64,000 bases of DNA from an uncultured delta proteobacterium (GTDB lineage: Bacteria > Myxococcota_A > Polyangia > Palsa-1104), in NCBI GenBank assembly GCA_963785725.1, contig CAWAWS010000022.1, positions 160,001-224,000 of the forward strand. Reading direction: 5' to 3'. Position numbers and translations under genes: made by a program. Every line of letters begins with the position of its first letter. Positions within the stretch are counted from its first letter, which is position 1. Below, piece by piece: positions 48,078 to 59,979 of this stretch. The notes beneath the pieces were generated by a model. That model did no database searches. It saw only the letters and a program-made list of their open reading frames with translations, and had not been told where the DNA came from.

Positions 48078-49563
48078 CAATGCCGATCGGATAGCTGCAA
48101 GTGATCGTCGCTGCGGGGTTTTTGCATAGCGCTCCGCAGAAAGTAGCGCGCGGCGCTGAGGAGATCAGGATTCAGCGATCATCCCTGGTGCAATCGCATG
48201 CTACTCGAAGGCGCCCTACAGTACACGGCAGTCCGAGCGACGCCGGATTCGTTCGAGAATTCACCCGCCACCTCAACCCGGTGCAGCTTGAAGAGGCACT
48301 GGCCGCAACCGGCGTCGCAACGCTGCGCAAGCGACGGCTGCCGGCCGTGCAGGTGCTGTGGATTGTCCTGGGCATGGCGCTGTTTCGCAATCGCGCCATC
48401 GAACGCGTCGTCGCGAGCCTGGACCTGTGTCTGCCCAGCGCGACGGGAAGGCTGGTGGCTAAAAGCGCGATCGCCGAGGCTCGCCAGCGACTCGGCGAGG
48501 AGCCTCTCGCCTATTTGTTCCATTCCACCGCTGCCGAATGGTCGGCGCGCAGCGCCGAGCGCCATCGATGGCGCGAGCTGAGCGTTTACGTATACGACGG
48601 CACGACTTTACGTGTGCCTGACTCCGTCGATAACCGCGCAGAATTCGGCGGACAATCCGCGGGTGCTCAACACGGGATGAGCGGTTATCCGATGGTTCGT
48701 ATCGTCGGGCTGATGGCCGCGCGTTCGCATATCCTCTCGGCCTTTCGTTTCGCGAGCTACGCGACCGGCGAAGTGACGCTCGCCAATGAGCTGTGGCGCG
48801 AAGTGCCCGAACATTCGTTGACGCTGGTCGACCGAGGTGCACCGTTGCCGTCGCTGGTTCAACTTCGGGCCAGCGGCAAAGAGAAGCACTTCCTGACGCG
48901 CCTCAAGTCGCGGACTCCGGTGAAGATCGTAAAGATGCTCGGCAAAGGCGATCATCTAGTCGAAATCCCACTATCGCGAGAAGCGCGAAAGGAGACGCCC
49001 GAGCTGCCCGCGACAGTCAGCCTGCGTGCGGTCCGCTATCAACGCCGCGGCTTCCGTCCATCGACGCTGCTGACGTCGCTGGTAGACGCCGAGCAATATC
49101 CAGCGGACGAGGTCATCGAGCTCTACCATGAGCGCTGGGAAATCGAGCTCGCCTACGACGAGGTCAAGACGCACTTGCTGGCGCGAGAAGAGTGCATTCG
49201 GAGTCGAACGCCAGCGGGAATCAGACAAGAGCTCTGGGGGATCGCGCTGGCGTACAACCTGATCCGCTTGGAGATCGAGCGCGTGGCCGACGAGGTTGGA
49301 GTGGCGCCCACGCGCATCAGCTTCATCAACGCGCTCGATCTCATTCGAGATGAGTGGATCTGGTGCTCGAACTCGCCGCCGGGCGCCATCCCCAAACAGC
49401 TCGACGAGTTGGCCCGTCGGCTCAGGCTTTTGGTGCTCCCCGAGCGTCGCACAGGCCGCGTTCTGCCTCGGGAAGTGAAGATCAAGATGTCCAGCTACAA
49501 CCGCAAGCGCCCCAAACCGGCACCATGACCTCGCCGACGCTCCACCTTATCCGAACGGCATTG
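48078..49563 (+). mobile_element. Complete IS4-family insertion sequence (1486 bp)
   Basis: Terminal IRs CAATGCCGATCGGATA (48078-48093) and reverse-complement CAATGCCGTTCGGATA (49548-49563), 15/16 identical. Flanked by the 10-bp direct repeat CCGCTAGCTG (48068-48077, 49564-49573). Confidence 0.95.
48101..49528 (+). CDS. IS4 family DDE transposase
   Basis: [39 protein letters not shown] (Y-R-E-K signature). True start possibly further downstream. Confidence 0.95.
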   Translation: MIVAAGFLHSAPQKVARGAEEIRIQRSSLVQSHATRRRPTVHGSPSDAGFVREFTRHLNPVQLEEALAATGVATLRKRRLPAVQVLWIVLGMALFRNRAIERVVASLDLCLPSATGRLVAKSAIAEARQRLGEEPLAYLFHSTAAEWSARSAERHRWRELSVYVYDGTTLRVPDSVDNRAEFGGQSAGAQHGMSGYPMVRIVGLMAARSHILSAFRFASYATGEVTLANELWREVPEHSLTLVDRGAPLPSLVQLRASGKEKHFLTRLKSRTPVKIVKMLGKGDHLVEIPLSREARKETPELPATVSLRAVRYQRRGFRPSTLLTSLVDAEQYPADEVIELYHERWEIELAYDEVKTHLLAREECIRSRTPAGIRQELWGIALAYNLIRLEIERVADEVGVAPTRISFINALDLIRDEWIWCSNSPPGAIPKQLDELARRLRLLVLPERRTGRVLPREVKIKMSSYNRKRPKPAP

Positions 49564-49617
49564 CCGCTAGCTGGTCTTCCTCGCGGACGGGCAGCACCAG
49601 GCGCTCGATGGAGTGCG
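49564..49617 (-). pseudogene. Aldo/keto reductase remnant, 5' part
   Basis: [18 protein letters not shown] joins in frame to VVAYSPLG once the IS and one target copy are removed. Confidence 0.6.
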
Positions 49618-49716
49618 TCGCCACCGAGCGCGCCGCGTGTCGGCCGCCACCGCTGTTTTTGAAGCAATCCCTCGCGTGGGCGAGCACGAGGCGTGCATGA
49701 GATCAGTCGGGTGAGC

Positions 49717-52311
49717 ATGAAGAAGGGCGGCATCCCCGCGTTGCAGCGCGTCCATGTCCGCGGAGCGCGCGAGCACAACCTCAAGGACGTCGACGTCGAG
49801 ATCCCCCGCGACGCCCTGGTCGTGTTCACCGGCGTGTCCGGCTCGGGCAAGTCGTCGCTGGCGTTCGGCACGCTCTACGCCGAGGCGCAGCGCCGCTATC
49901 TCGAGTCGGTCTCGCCCGTACGCCCGGCGGCTGTTCCACCAGATGGCCGTGCCCGACGTCGACGCGATCGACGGCCTGCCGCCGGCCGTGGCGCTGCAGC
50001 AGCAGCGCGGCTCGCCGACGACGCGCTCGTCGGTCGGCAGCGTCACGACGCTGTCGAACCTGCTGCGCATGCTCTACTCGCGCGCCGGCGACCTATCCGC
50101 GCCGGCAGGCGCATCCTCTACGCCGAGGCGTTCTCGCCGAACACGCCCGAGGGCGCCTGCCCGCGCTGCCACGGCCTCGGCCGGGTCTACGACGTGACCG
50201 AGCGCTCGATGGTGCCGGACGACTCGCTGACCATCCGCGAGCGCGCCATCGCCGCCTGGCCGCCCGCCTGGCACGGCCAGAACCTGCGCGACATCCTCGA
50301 TCACGCTCGGCTACGACGTCGACACGCCCGTGGCGCGAGCTGCCGAAGAAAGACCGCGACTGGATCCTCTTCACCGACGAGCAGCCGACCGTCCCGGTCT
50401 ATGCCGGCTACACGCCGCGACGAGGTGCGGCGCGCGCTCAAGCGCAAGGAGGAGCCGAGCTACCAGGGCACGTTCACGAGCGCGCAAGCGCTACGTGCTG
50501 CACACGTTCGCCAACACGCAGAGCGCGCTCGATGAAGAAGCGCGTGTCGCAGTACATGATCGCGACGCGACTGCCCGGCTGTGCCACGGCAAGCGGCTGC
50601 GCCGCGAGTCGCTGTCGGTCACGTTCGCCGGCCTCGACATCGCCGACATCTCGCGGCTGCCGCTCGAAGCGGCTGGCCGCGCTCCTGCAGCCGTACGCCG
50701 ACGGGACGCGCGTCGGCTCGGCGAGCTCGCAGCCGATCATCCGGAGAAGGCGATCGTCGTCGCAGCGCATCGCCGAGGACCTGGTGGCGCGCCTCGCGGT
50801 GCTGCTCGACCTCGGGCTCGGCTACCTGTCGCTCGATCGCAGCACGCCGACGCTGTCGCCGGGCGAGCTGCAGCGGCTGCGGCTGGCGACGCAGGTCCGC
50901 TCCAACCTGTTCGGCGTCGTCTACGTGCTCGACGAGCCGTCGGCCGGGCTGCATCCCGCCGACACCGAGGCGCTGCTCGCGCGCGCTCGACCGCTTGAAG
51001 GCGGCGGGCAACTCGCTGTTCGTCGTCGAGCACGAGCTCGACGTCGATCCGCCACGCCGACTGGATCGTCGACGTCGGCCCGGCGCCGGCGAGCACGGCG
51101 GGCGCGTGCTCTACAGCGGCCCGCCCGACGGGCTCGCAGCAGGTCGAGGCGTCGCAGACGCGCCGCTATCTGTTCGGCGACGTACGCGCCTGCCGACGCG
51201 GGCGCCGCGCACGCCGACGGGCTGGCTGCGCCTGACCGGCGTCACGCGCAACAACCTCGACGAGCTCGACGTCGCCTTTCCGCTCGGGGTGTTCACGACG
51301 CGTGACCGGCGTGTCCGGCTCGGGCAAGTCGAGCCTGGTCAGCCAGGCGCTGGTCGAGCTGGTCGCCGACGCAGCTCGGCCACGACGTCGCCGACGAGGA
51401 GGACGAGGGCGACGAGCTCGAGCGCAGCCGCCGTGCGCGACGCGCGGCGGCGAGATCGCCGGCGGCATGGAGGGCATCAAGCGGCTGGTGCGCGTCGACC
51501 AGAAGCCGATCGGCCGCACGCCGCGCTCGAACCTGGCGACCTACACCGGCCTGTTCGATCACGTGCGCAAGCTGTTCGCCGCGACGAAGGCGGCGCGCGC
51601 CCGCCAGCTACGACGCCGGGCGCTTCTCGTTCAACGTCGCCAAGGGCCGCTGCGAGACCTGCGAGGGCGAAGGCTTCGTCATGGTCGAGCTGCTGTTCCT
51701 GCCGAGCGTCTACGCGCCCTGCCCCGACCTGCCACGGCGCGCGCTACAACGCCGAAGACGCTCGAGATCAACTATCGCGGCAAGACCATCGCCGACGTGC
51801 TCGCGCATGACCGTCGACGCGGCGTGGGAGTTCTTCGCCGACGAGCCGCACGTGCACCGCGCGCTCGACGTGCTGCGCGAGGTCGGCCTCGGCTACCTGC
51901 GCCTCGGCCAGCCGGCGACCGAGCTGTCCGGCGGCGAGGCGCAGCGCATCAAGCTGGCGACCGAGCTGCAGCGCGTCCAGCGCGGCGACACGCTCTACGT
52001 CCTCGACGAGCCGACCACCGGGCTGCATCCGGCCGACGTCGAGAAGCTGATGGCGCAGCTCGACGGGCTGGTCGATGCGGGCAACACGGTGATCGTCGTC
52101 GAGCACGACATGCGCGTCGTCGCCGGCAGCGACTGGGTGATCGACATCGGACCCGGCGCCGGCGACGAGGGCGGGCGGGTCGTCGCCGCCGGCGCCGCCC
52201 GAGCAGGTCGCGCGCTCGTCGAAGAGCCGGACGGCGCCGTACCTGGCGCGCTTCCTGGAGGCGTCGGCGGGCGAGAGGTCGCCTGCGCGCGACGACGGAC
52301 CGCACCCGTAG
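49717..52311 (+). CDS. uvrA: UvrA-like (class II/UvrA2, DrrC-like) excinuclease ABC ATPase, broken by many frameshifts
   Basis: [50 protein letters not shown], second [47 protein letters not shown], spread across all three frames. Confidence 0.9.
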
Positions 52312-52414
52312 CCAAACATCACGGTTGTTGGGTCTACGAACGCGACTTTCGTCCACGACTCTGATCGCATACTGCGGCGCAAAATCGGCGGAATCCGCAG
52401 GCGTCCGGAGCAGT

Positions 52415-52438
52415 CTTGACGCGTCCAACCTCGATGAT
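52415..52438 (+). promoter_or_regulatory. CTTGAC-N11-CGATGAT motif upstream of the first Hsp20
   Basis: An identical motif and spacing occur upstream of the second Hsp20. Confidence 0.45.
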
Positions 52439-52578
52439 TACCGAAGACACGAACGAGCGAAGTCACCGGTTCGGGTAGACCGGGAGGTCGGTGCTCGAAT
52501 CGCTCATCGTCGGCTCATGATCCCAGCGTCCGCCGGTGACGCGCTGGGACGCTTGTCTACCTACGGAGGTAAGAGGCC

Positions 52579-53094
52579 ATGGCAAATCTGGTTCGGCGGA
52601 ATGAGCAGCAGGAGGTTGCAGTCAACGCTTGGGAGCCGCTTCGCCTGATGCGCGAGCTGATGAGCTTGGATCCCTTCGCCGAGATATTGCCGACGGTGAA
52701 TCGCTTCGAAGGGATGACGTTTGCGCCGCGCTTCGACGTGCGCGAGACCCAAGATGCGTACGTCTTCAAGGCGGATCTCCCCGGTATCGAAGAGAAAGAC
52801 CTCGACGTCACGCTGACCGGCAATCGGATCACCATCAGCGGCAACCGCGAGGCGGAGCAGCGCCAAGAGAACGAGACCCTCTATGCGTACGAGCGCAGCT
52901 ACGGCACCTTTTCGCGGACGTTCACGCTGCCCGAAGGCGCCGACTTCGATCGTTGCGAAGCGGAGCTGAGGAACGGCGTGCTCACCTTGTCGGTGCCGAA
53001 GCGACCGGAGCACCAGCCGAAGAAGGTGTCGATCAAGTCGATCGGCGAGAAGGTGAAGGCCGTCCTCGGCGGCAAGGATAAGGGCCAGGCATAG
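52579..53094 (+). CDS. Hsp20/alpha-crystallin small heat-shock protein
   Basis: FAPRFDVRET, ADLPG, ERSYGTFSRTFTLP, AELRNGVLTL.VPK. Confidence 0.96.
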   Translation: MANLVRRNEQQEVAVNAWEPLRLMRELMSLDPFAEILPTVNRFEGMTFAPRFDVRETQDAYVFKADLPGIEEKDLDVTLTGNRITISGNREAEQRQENETLYAYERSYGTFSRTFTLPEGADFDRCEAELRNGVLTLSVPKRPEHQPKKVSIKSIGEKVKAVLGGKDKGQA

Positions 53095-53534
53095 CTCGCC
53101 TGTAGCCCACGTTGGACACCCAAGGACGCGCGCGCGGAGTCCGAATGTTGAAGGCTCTCGCGCGCGCGACCGTGGAACAGCTCGAAGCGGACGGGCAGCC
53201 CGTTCTTTCCGGCGACGTCACCGACCACGCGCTGCGCGGATTTAGTGAGTCGCGGGCGGACTCTGTCGAGCGGGCTGCGTCCGATGCGAGCTGGGAGACT
53301 GTGTGCGTGAGCTGCGAGCCGGCCCGCTTACATGACGAGGACGGCAAAGCCGCGTACAGCCAAGGAACAGAGAGAAAGGAGGACGGCCATGCCCCGTGCG
53401 TTCTCGCCGTTGACCTTCTCACGGCCTTATCGAGCGGCGGCCACCTTGCGTGCATTTAACCTTGAGTGAGGCAGTCGAGCTCTATCGTCGCGTACAGGAA
53501 CAGTGGGCCACGACCGATTGGGGAGGTGTCCGAC

Positions 53535-53789
53535 ATGCAAACGATGGCGATGAATCTTCGACATCTCGCGCGCGAGGTGTCAACGGCGCTGGAGCTGTCG
53601 CTGGTCCGCATGGCGCCCAATCCGCTCATCGAGCAGCTCTCTTCCGCGGCGGGCTTGCTAACCGCGCTCGAGGAGCTGCCGCTCGACACCGAGGCGCTCA
53701 GGGTCTGGGCTGATGAGGCGGTGACGCGCGCCGCACGCGGCCTCGACGAATGGAAGTCGTGGCAGGAGAAGCACCGAGTAACAGCCTGA
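53535..53789 (+). CDS. Small helical hypothetical protein
   Basis: ATG after GGAGG. MQTMAMNLRHLAREVSTALEL...LSSAAGLL.AL.ELP, host-like codon use. Confidence 0.65.
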   Translation: MQTMAMNLRHLAREVSTALELSLVRMAPNPLIEQLSSAAGLLTALEELPLDTEALRVWADEAVTRAARGLDEWKSWQEKHRVTA

Positions 53790-53867
53790 AAAGTAAACGA
53801 ACGATGCCATTCGTCTCGTTTACCGTCCGCGTCGGCAGCAGGACTGCGAGATCGTCAATCGGCGGAC

Positions 53868-53891
53868 CTTGACAACCAATCGAGCGATGAT
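53868..53891 (+). promoter_or_regulatory. CTTGAC-N11-CGATGAT motif upstream of the second Hsp20
   Basis: Matches the copy at 52415-52438. Confidence 0.45.
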
Positions 53892-53937
53892 CAGTTTCCG
53901 AAATCGGAAGGGAAATCAGCCAGAAAGGAGAACACTC

Positions 53938-54372
53938 ATGCTCGTTCGTCATACGCCCTGGAACCAAATCGAATCGTGGATCTGGGATCGCAACCGCGAG
54001 CTGAACCGACTGGCATCGAACGGTGATTCGCGAGCGCCGCTCTGGCAGCCCGCCGTCGACGTTCACGAGAATGCCGAGCGCATCTTACTGGTCGCCGATC
54101 TGCCCGGCCTCGAGCAGGCCGACGTCGATATCACGATCGACAAGAACGTGCTGACCATCCGTGGCCAGCGCAACGCGCGGGCGGCGAGTGACGGCGCGTT
54201 CCAGCATCGGGAGCGCCTTCAGGGCGCGTTTGCGCGCGCATTCACACTGCCCGGAACGGTCGACGTCGAATCGGTCAGCGCCGAGATGAAATCTGGCGTG
54301 TTGACGATCACGTTGCCGAAGAAGTCGGAAGCGAAGCCGCGTCAGATCAAAGTCGGCAACGCTTCGGCGTAG
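53938..54372 (+). CDS. Hsp20/alpha-crystallin small heat-shock protein
   Basis: AAGGAG RBS. WQPAVDVHE, ADLPG, ER..GAFARAFTLP, SAEMKSGVLTITLPK. Confidence 0.95.
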   Translation: MLVRHTPWNQIESWIWDRNRELNRLASNGDSRAPLWQPAVDVHENAERILLVADLPGLEQADVDITIDKNVLTIRGQRNARAASDGAFQHRERLQGAFARAFTLPGTVDVESVSAEMKSGVLTITLPKKSEAKPRQIKVGNASA

Positions 54373-54478
54373 TCACGCTGCCGCTTCCCGCGGCGCTCGA
54401 CGGCGGCAGCTCGATGAAGCAGCCGAGTCCAAACGGGCGATAGGCTGCGGCGCGCGGGTTCGATTCTCGAGGTCGGCG

Positions 54479-55243
54479 ATGCATGCAAACGAGCGCATCC
54501 TGGTGCTCCACGACGGCGACCGCATCGGCCATGCAGTCGTGCGTCAACTCGAAGCGGCGCAGGTTTCGCTTCGAGAGCTCGCTGAGCAGGTGCCTGCAGA
54601 CGAGGTCGTGGCAGCGGCGCTCGGTTGTCGGGCCGTAATCGCCATTGGTGATCGCTTCGCCTCGGATGCGGCCGTGCTTGCGGCGGCGAACATGCCCGGC
54701 GTTCGATCGCTGGTGCTGGTCGTTCACACGGCAGACGATTTCACGCTTCTGCGAAAGCGCGGTGTCCCCTACACCGTGCTGCGACTCGCGCCGTTGCTCG
54801 AAGAGCTCGTCGACAGGCTGGAGCCGGTCGTCGCGTCCGGTCGGCTGATCCTCGACGAGAACGGCGATGCGCCACTGGCGTTCATTGCCGCCGACGACGC
54901 CGCCGCTTGCGCGATCGCGGCCGTCGACCAAGACGACTACTGTGGTCGCATCGTCGATGTTGCCGCGGCGGGCGAGTCGACGCTCAGCGCAGCGGCGACG
55001 GCAATGGCGAAGGCCCGCGGACAACGCCTCAAAGTGTCCGAATGGCCTCGTTGGGTCATCACAGCCATGCGGGCGCTCGGCCGCGCGCCGTTTCGCGCGC
55101 CCGAGGCATTCATCCGTAAGAGGCCGAGCCACGACGCGTCTCTGCTACATCCAAATCCCTGGCACACCGTCGAGGAGATCGCTTCGGCGTCGCCTCGAAA
55201 CCGAGTGGAAAGGAGAGATGAGCATGCGATGGGAATGCACTGA
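54479..55243 (+). CDS. NmrA-like/atypical SDR protein with degenerate NAD-binding loop
   Basis: RILVL...IGHAVVRQL, LRKRGVPYTVLR, AFIAADDAA, GES..S. Confidence 0.7.
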   Translation: MHANERILVLHDGDRIGHAVVRQLEAAQVSLRELAEQVPADEVVAAALGCRAVIAIGDRFASDAAVLAAANMPGVRSLVLVVHTADDFTLLRKRGVPYTVLRLAPLLEELVDRLEPVVASGRLILDENGDAPLAFIAADDAAACAIAAVDQDDYCGRIVDVAAAGESTLSAAATAMAKARGQRLKVSEWPRWVITAMRALGRAPFRAPEAFIRKRPSHDASLLHPNPWHTVEEIASASPRNRVERRDEHAMGMH

Positions 55244-55427
55244 GTGTGGATGCCGAGTCGAGCGCCCACGTCCTCCTGCAGTGTGCCGCTCCTGTGGAAC
55301 GGCCGGCGCGCTCTTCGTCGAAGCGGACGGCGGCATCGAGCTGGACATGGAGGCCGACAGCTTATTCGACTCCTGGCTGCATCGAGGAATGGAGCGTGGA
55401 TTTCGCGACCACACGGCGCGAGGCTGA
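55224..55427 (+). CDS. Small rubredoxin-like metal-binding protein
   Basis: AGGAG RBS. WECTECG...PPAVCRSCG...F (two CxxC). Confidence 0.75.
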   Translation: MRWECTECGCRVERPRPPAVCRSCGTAGALFVEADGGIELDMEADSLFDSWLHRGMERGFRDHTARG

Positions 55428-55750
55428 CGCGACGTCCGGGAGTGACCTCAGTGAGCGCGGACCGGGTCGTCCACGAATTCTGCCGGCAATCGTGGCTGCA
55501 AAATCGTAGCGCCGACCGTCGCGGTCCAGATGCGGGTCGGAGACACTGACGGACAAGTCCATCCCGCAGACCGGTCGACTACATCTGGACGCCCTGACCG
55601 CGCAGGATATCGCCACTGACGCGTCGGAGAACGCGAAAAACACGCGCATCGGTATCGCGGCCATAGACATGGAACAGGCCTGTGCAAGGCCGTGGGTGCT
55701 CCGGACAGCGACGGGAGATCGGATATCGATCTTCCGAAAGGATAGACCAG

Positions 55751-55786
55751 AAACGAAAACACCCAGGTCGGAGGGCGACCTGGGTG
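55751..55786 (-). terminator. Rho-independent terminator (minus strand)
   Basis: 11-bp perfect stem CACCCAGGTCG/CGACCTGGGTG followed on the minus strand by TTTTCGTTT. Confidence 0.75.
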
Positions 55787-55830
55787 CTCATTGGGGTGCT
55801 CCGGAGGAGGCTGGAGCAGCTAAGTACTTG

Positions 55831-55872
55831 TGTGGCGTGCAGGATTCGGACCTGCGACTTCCACCGTGTGAG
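55831..55872 (-). other. Degenerate 3' half of tRNA-Val(CAC); probable att-site remnant
   Basis: Minus strand reads CTCACAC-GGTGG-AAGTC-GCAGG-TCCGAAT-CCTGC-ACGCCAC-A: anticodon loop, stem, variable loop, T-arm and acceptor 3' strand. No D-arm or 5' half. Confidence 0.65.
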
Positions 55873-56391
55873 TTCGCTGAGACCCGTTACGGCGCGTTTC
55901 GCGGTGTAGTTCTCGACGACAACATGTGACCGGGCGTTACCTGACCGTCCAGCTCGTTTCGCCCAGGTGGTGGAAAAGTGGTGGGAAGAATCAGCGAGGT
56001 CGCGCGGAATATTGCTCCCGTCGGAGCTTCATTCTGAACCGGTGGAAGTCAGCGGGCCGCCGGCGAGCGCGCGGGACGCGGCGACCGATTCCTCGTGCCT
56101 GTCGCAGCGATAGTACAGGCGCGCCCAGCCCTTTCGAGTGGCTTTGGCCATCTTGCACGACATCGACGCGCGGCAGGCGCCGCAGTACAAGACTTGCTCG
56201 GGGGCTGCACGCGTCGGAATGCGCCTCTGAGCTCGATCCGCTTCCGTAGAACAGAGACGTTATGTGACGTCGACCGACGCAGGATCGCCCCATAGAGGAA
56301 AAATCAGAGAGCCAAGGTATTGACTTGATGTGTTTCAAATATGGCGCAATAGGTGCACGAGCACGCGCCGGCCCCAGGAGGGCCTCTCAAC

Positions 56392-56595
56392 ATGAAGAAC
56401 CTCGCGCTCGCGCTTACTGCCTTCGGAATGTTGTCGTCCGGCCTCGCCTTCGCCGACGAGACGTCGCAAAAGACCGAGACTCACGAGACGGACGGCAAGA
56501 CCACGACCCGGACCAAGAAGGTCAAGCACAAGGACGACGGTAAGGGTAACTCGTCCGTCAAAACCGAGACGACCGAGAAGACCGAAGCCAAATAG
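56392..56595 (+). CDS. Small secreted T/E/K-rich protein
   Basis: AGGAGG RBS, signal peptide ending AFA, followed by a strong terminator. Confidence 0.8.
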   Translation: MKNLALALTAFGMLSSGLAFADETSQKTETHETDGKTTTRTKKVKHKDDGKGNSSVKTETTEKTEAK

Positions 56596-56612
56596 CTCTC
56601 GCTCGCATTGCG

Positions 56613-56651
56613 AAATCCCCGTCGGCCTGCGCGACGGGGATTTTTCTTTTT
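56613..56651 (+). terminator. Rho-independent terminator
   Basis: AAATCCCCGTCG-loop-CGACGGGGATTT followed by TTCTTTTT. Confidence 0.85.
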
Positions 56652-56769
56652 CGGGCGACGACGAGCGCCAAAGGCGACGTATCCGACGATCGTCCCTTGC
56701 GCGCCTGCAAAGGATAAGCACGTTGTCTGCACGTCGAGTCCCACGCGACGGCGCCGGAAAAGAGGCAAC

Positions 56770-56922
56770 ATGTTACTGGCAATCGCACTAGTCCTGTTCT
56801 TGTTGTGGGGCGTCGGCCTCGTCACGTCGTACACGATGGGCGGGCTGGTTCACCTCCTGCTCGCCGTCGCAGTCATCGCCGTCCTGGTGCACGTCATTCG
56901 GGGACCGCGAGCGGGCGCGTGA
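56770..56922 (+). CDS. lmo0937-family (DUF5670-like) small membrane protein
   Basis: ML..IA.VL..LW..GLVTSYTMGGL.H.LL..AVI. Confidence 0.88.
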   Translation: MLLAIALVLFLLWGVGLVTSYTMGGLVHLLLAVAVIAVLVHVIRGPRAGA

Positions 56923-56928
56923 CATGAC

Positions 56929-59256
<2,328 letters not shown>

Positions 59257-59278
59257 CGACCCTTCCAGAAGGAGACCC

Positions 59279-59806
59279 ATGGCCAACGTCGCCATCATCG
59301 ATGACGATCTCGATCTACTCACGCTCTTCCGCCGGCTCATCGATCCGTTTCACGAAGTGCGCACCTACGCCGATGCGGCGACGGCTTTGTCGGGCGTCAA
59401 GGCGAACCGGCCCGACATCGTGCTGCTCGACATCTCACTCGGCGATGCCGCCGGCGTGGATGGCGTCGACGTGCTGCATCGGCTGCGCGACGAGCCGGGG
59501 TGCGAGTCGGTACCGGTCATCGCCGTGACGTCGCACTCCTTGCGTTCGGAGCGCGCGCACTATCTGGCGGAGGGGTTCACCGACTTCATCGCCAAGCCGC
59601 TGGCCGATCACGGCGTGGTCATGTCGGTGATCGAGACGGCGCTGCGCGGCGAGAGCCTGCCCGAATCCGACGACGATCTCGACGCGACGGCGGCGCCGAT
59701 GACGCTGGAAGCGGTGGTGACGACGGTGCTCGAGGCGCTCGAGACCGGCGATGTCGATCGCGCTAAGGCGCTGTTGCGCGGCCTCTTGCCGGCGCCCGCG
59801 GGCTAA
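59279..59806 (+). CDS. Response regulator with short helical C-terminal extension
   Basis: IIDDD, LLDISL, IAVTSH, FIAKP. Confidence 0.9.
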   Translation: MANVAIIDDDLDLLTLFRRLIDPFHEVRTYADAATALSGVKANRPDIVLLDISLGDAAGVDGVDVLHRLRDEPGCESVPVIAVTSHSLRSERAHYLAEGFTDFIAKPLADHGVVMSVIETALRGESLPESDDDLDATAAPMTLEAVVTTVLEALETGDVDRAKALLRGLLPAPAG

Positions 59807-59935
59807 ATGGCCAGGCGCGATTCTGGATCGAGCGCGCAAGGCGCGCGTCGGCCGGGAGTCCGGCCGCGGGGAGGCTCGACGAGCTCAGCTCGTCGAGGGG
59901 CGCTTGCGCCCGTCAGATCGAGGCTAAATCAGCGT

Positions 59936-59968
59936 CGATCCTGCACTGCCAAAGGCAGTGCAGGATCG
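59936..59968. terminator. Perfect 15-bp hairpin between convergent genes
   Basis: CGATCCTGCACTGCC-AAA-GGCAGTGCAGGATCG. A second 10-bp hairpin lies at 59875-59897. No U-tract. Confidence 0.55.
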
Positions 59969-59979
59969 TGCTCGCTGGT

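Noticed and set aside
53112..53459. 115-aa ORF between the Hsp20 genes
   Set aside because: TTG start, atypical codon use and no motif; probably intergenic.
53461..53481. HspR HAIR operator (CTTGAGT...)
   Set aside because: Only one half-site is present; the ACTCAAG arm at N7 spacing is absent.
55520..55650. Possible hammerhead ribozyme or structured ncRNA (GTCCAGATG/CATCTGGAC stem; CTGAC-stem-GAAA)
   Set aside because: The core lacks the required CUGANGA and I could not close the three stems by eye. An Infernal/Rfam scan would be needed.
55831..55872. Functional tRNA gene
   Set aside because: No 5' acceptor strand or D-arm, and the T-loop is mutated. Reported as a fragment only.
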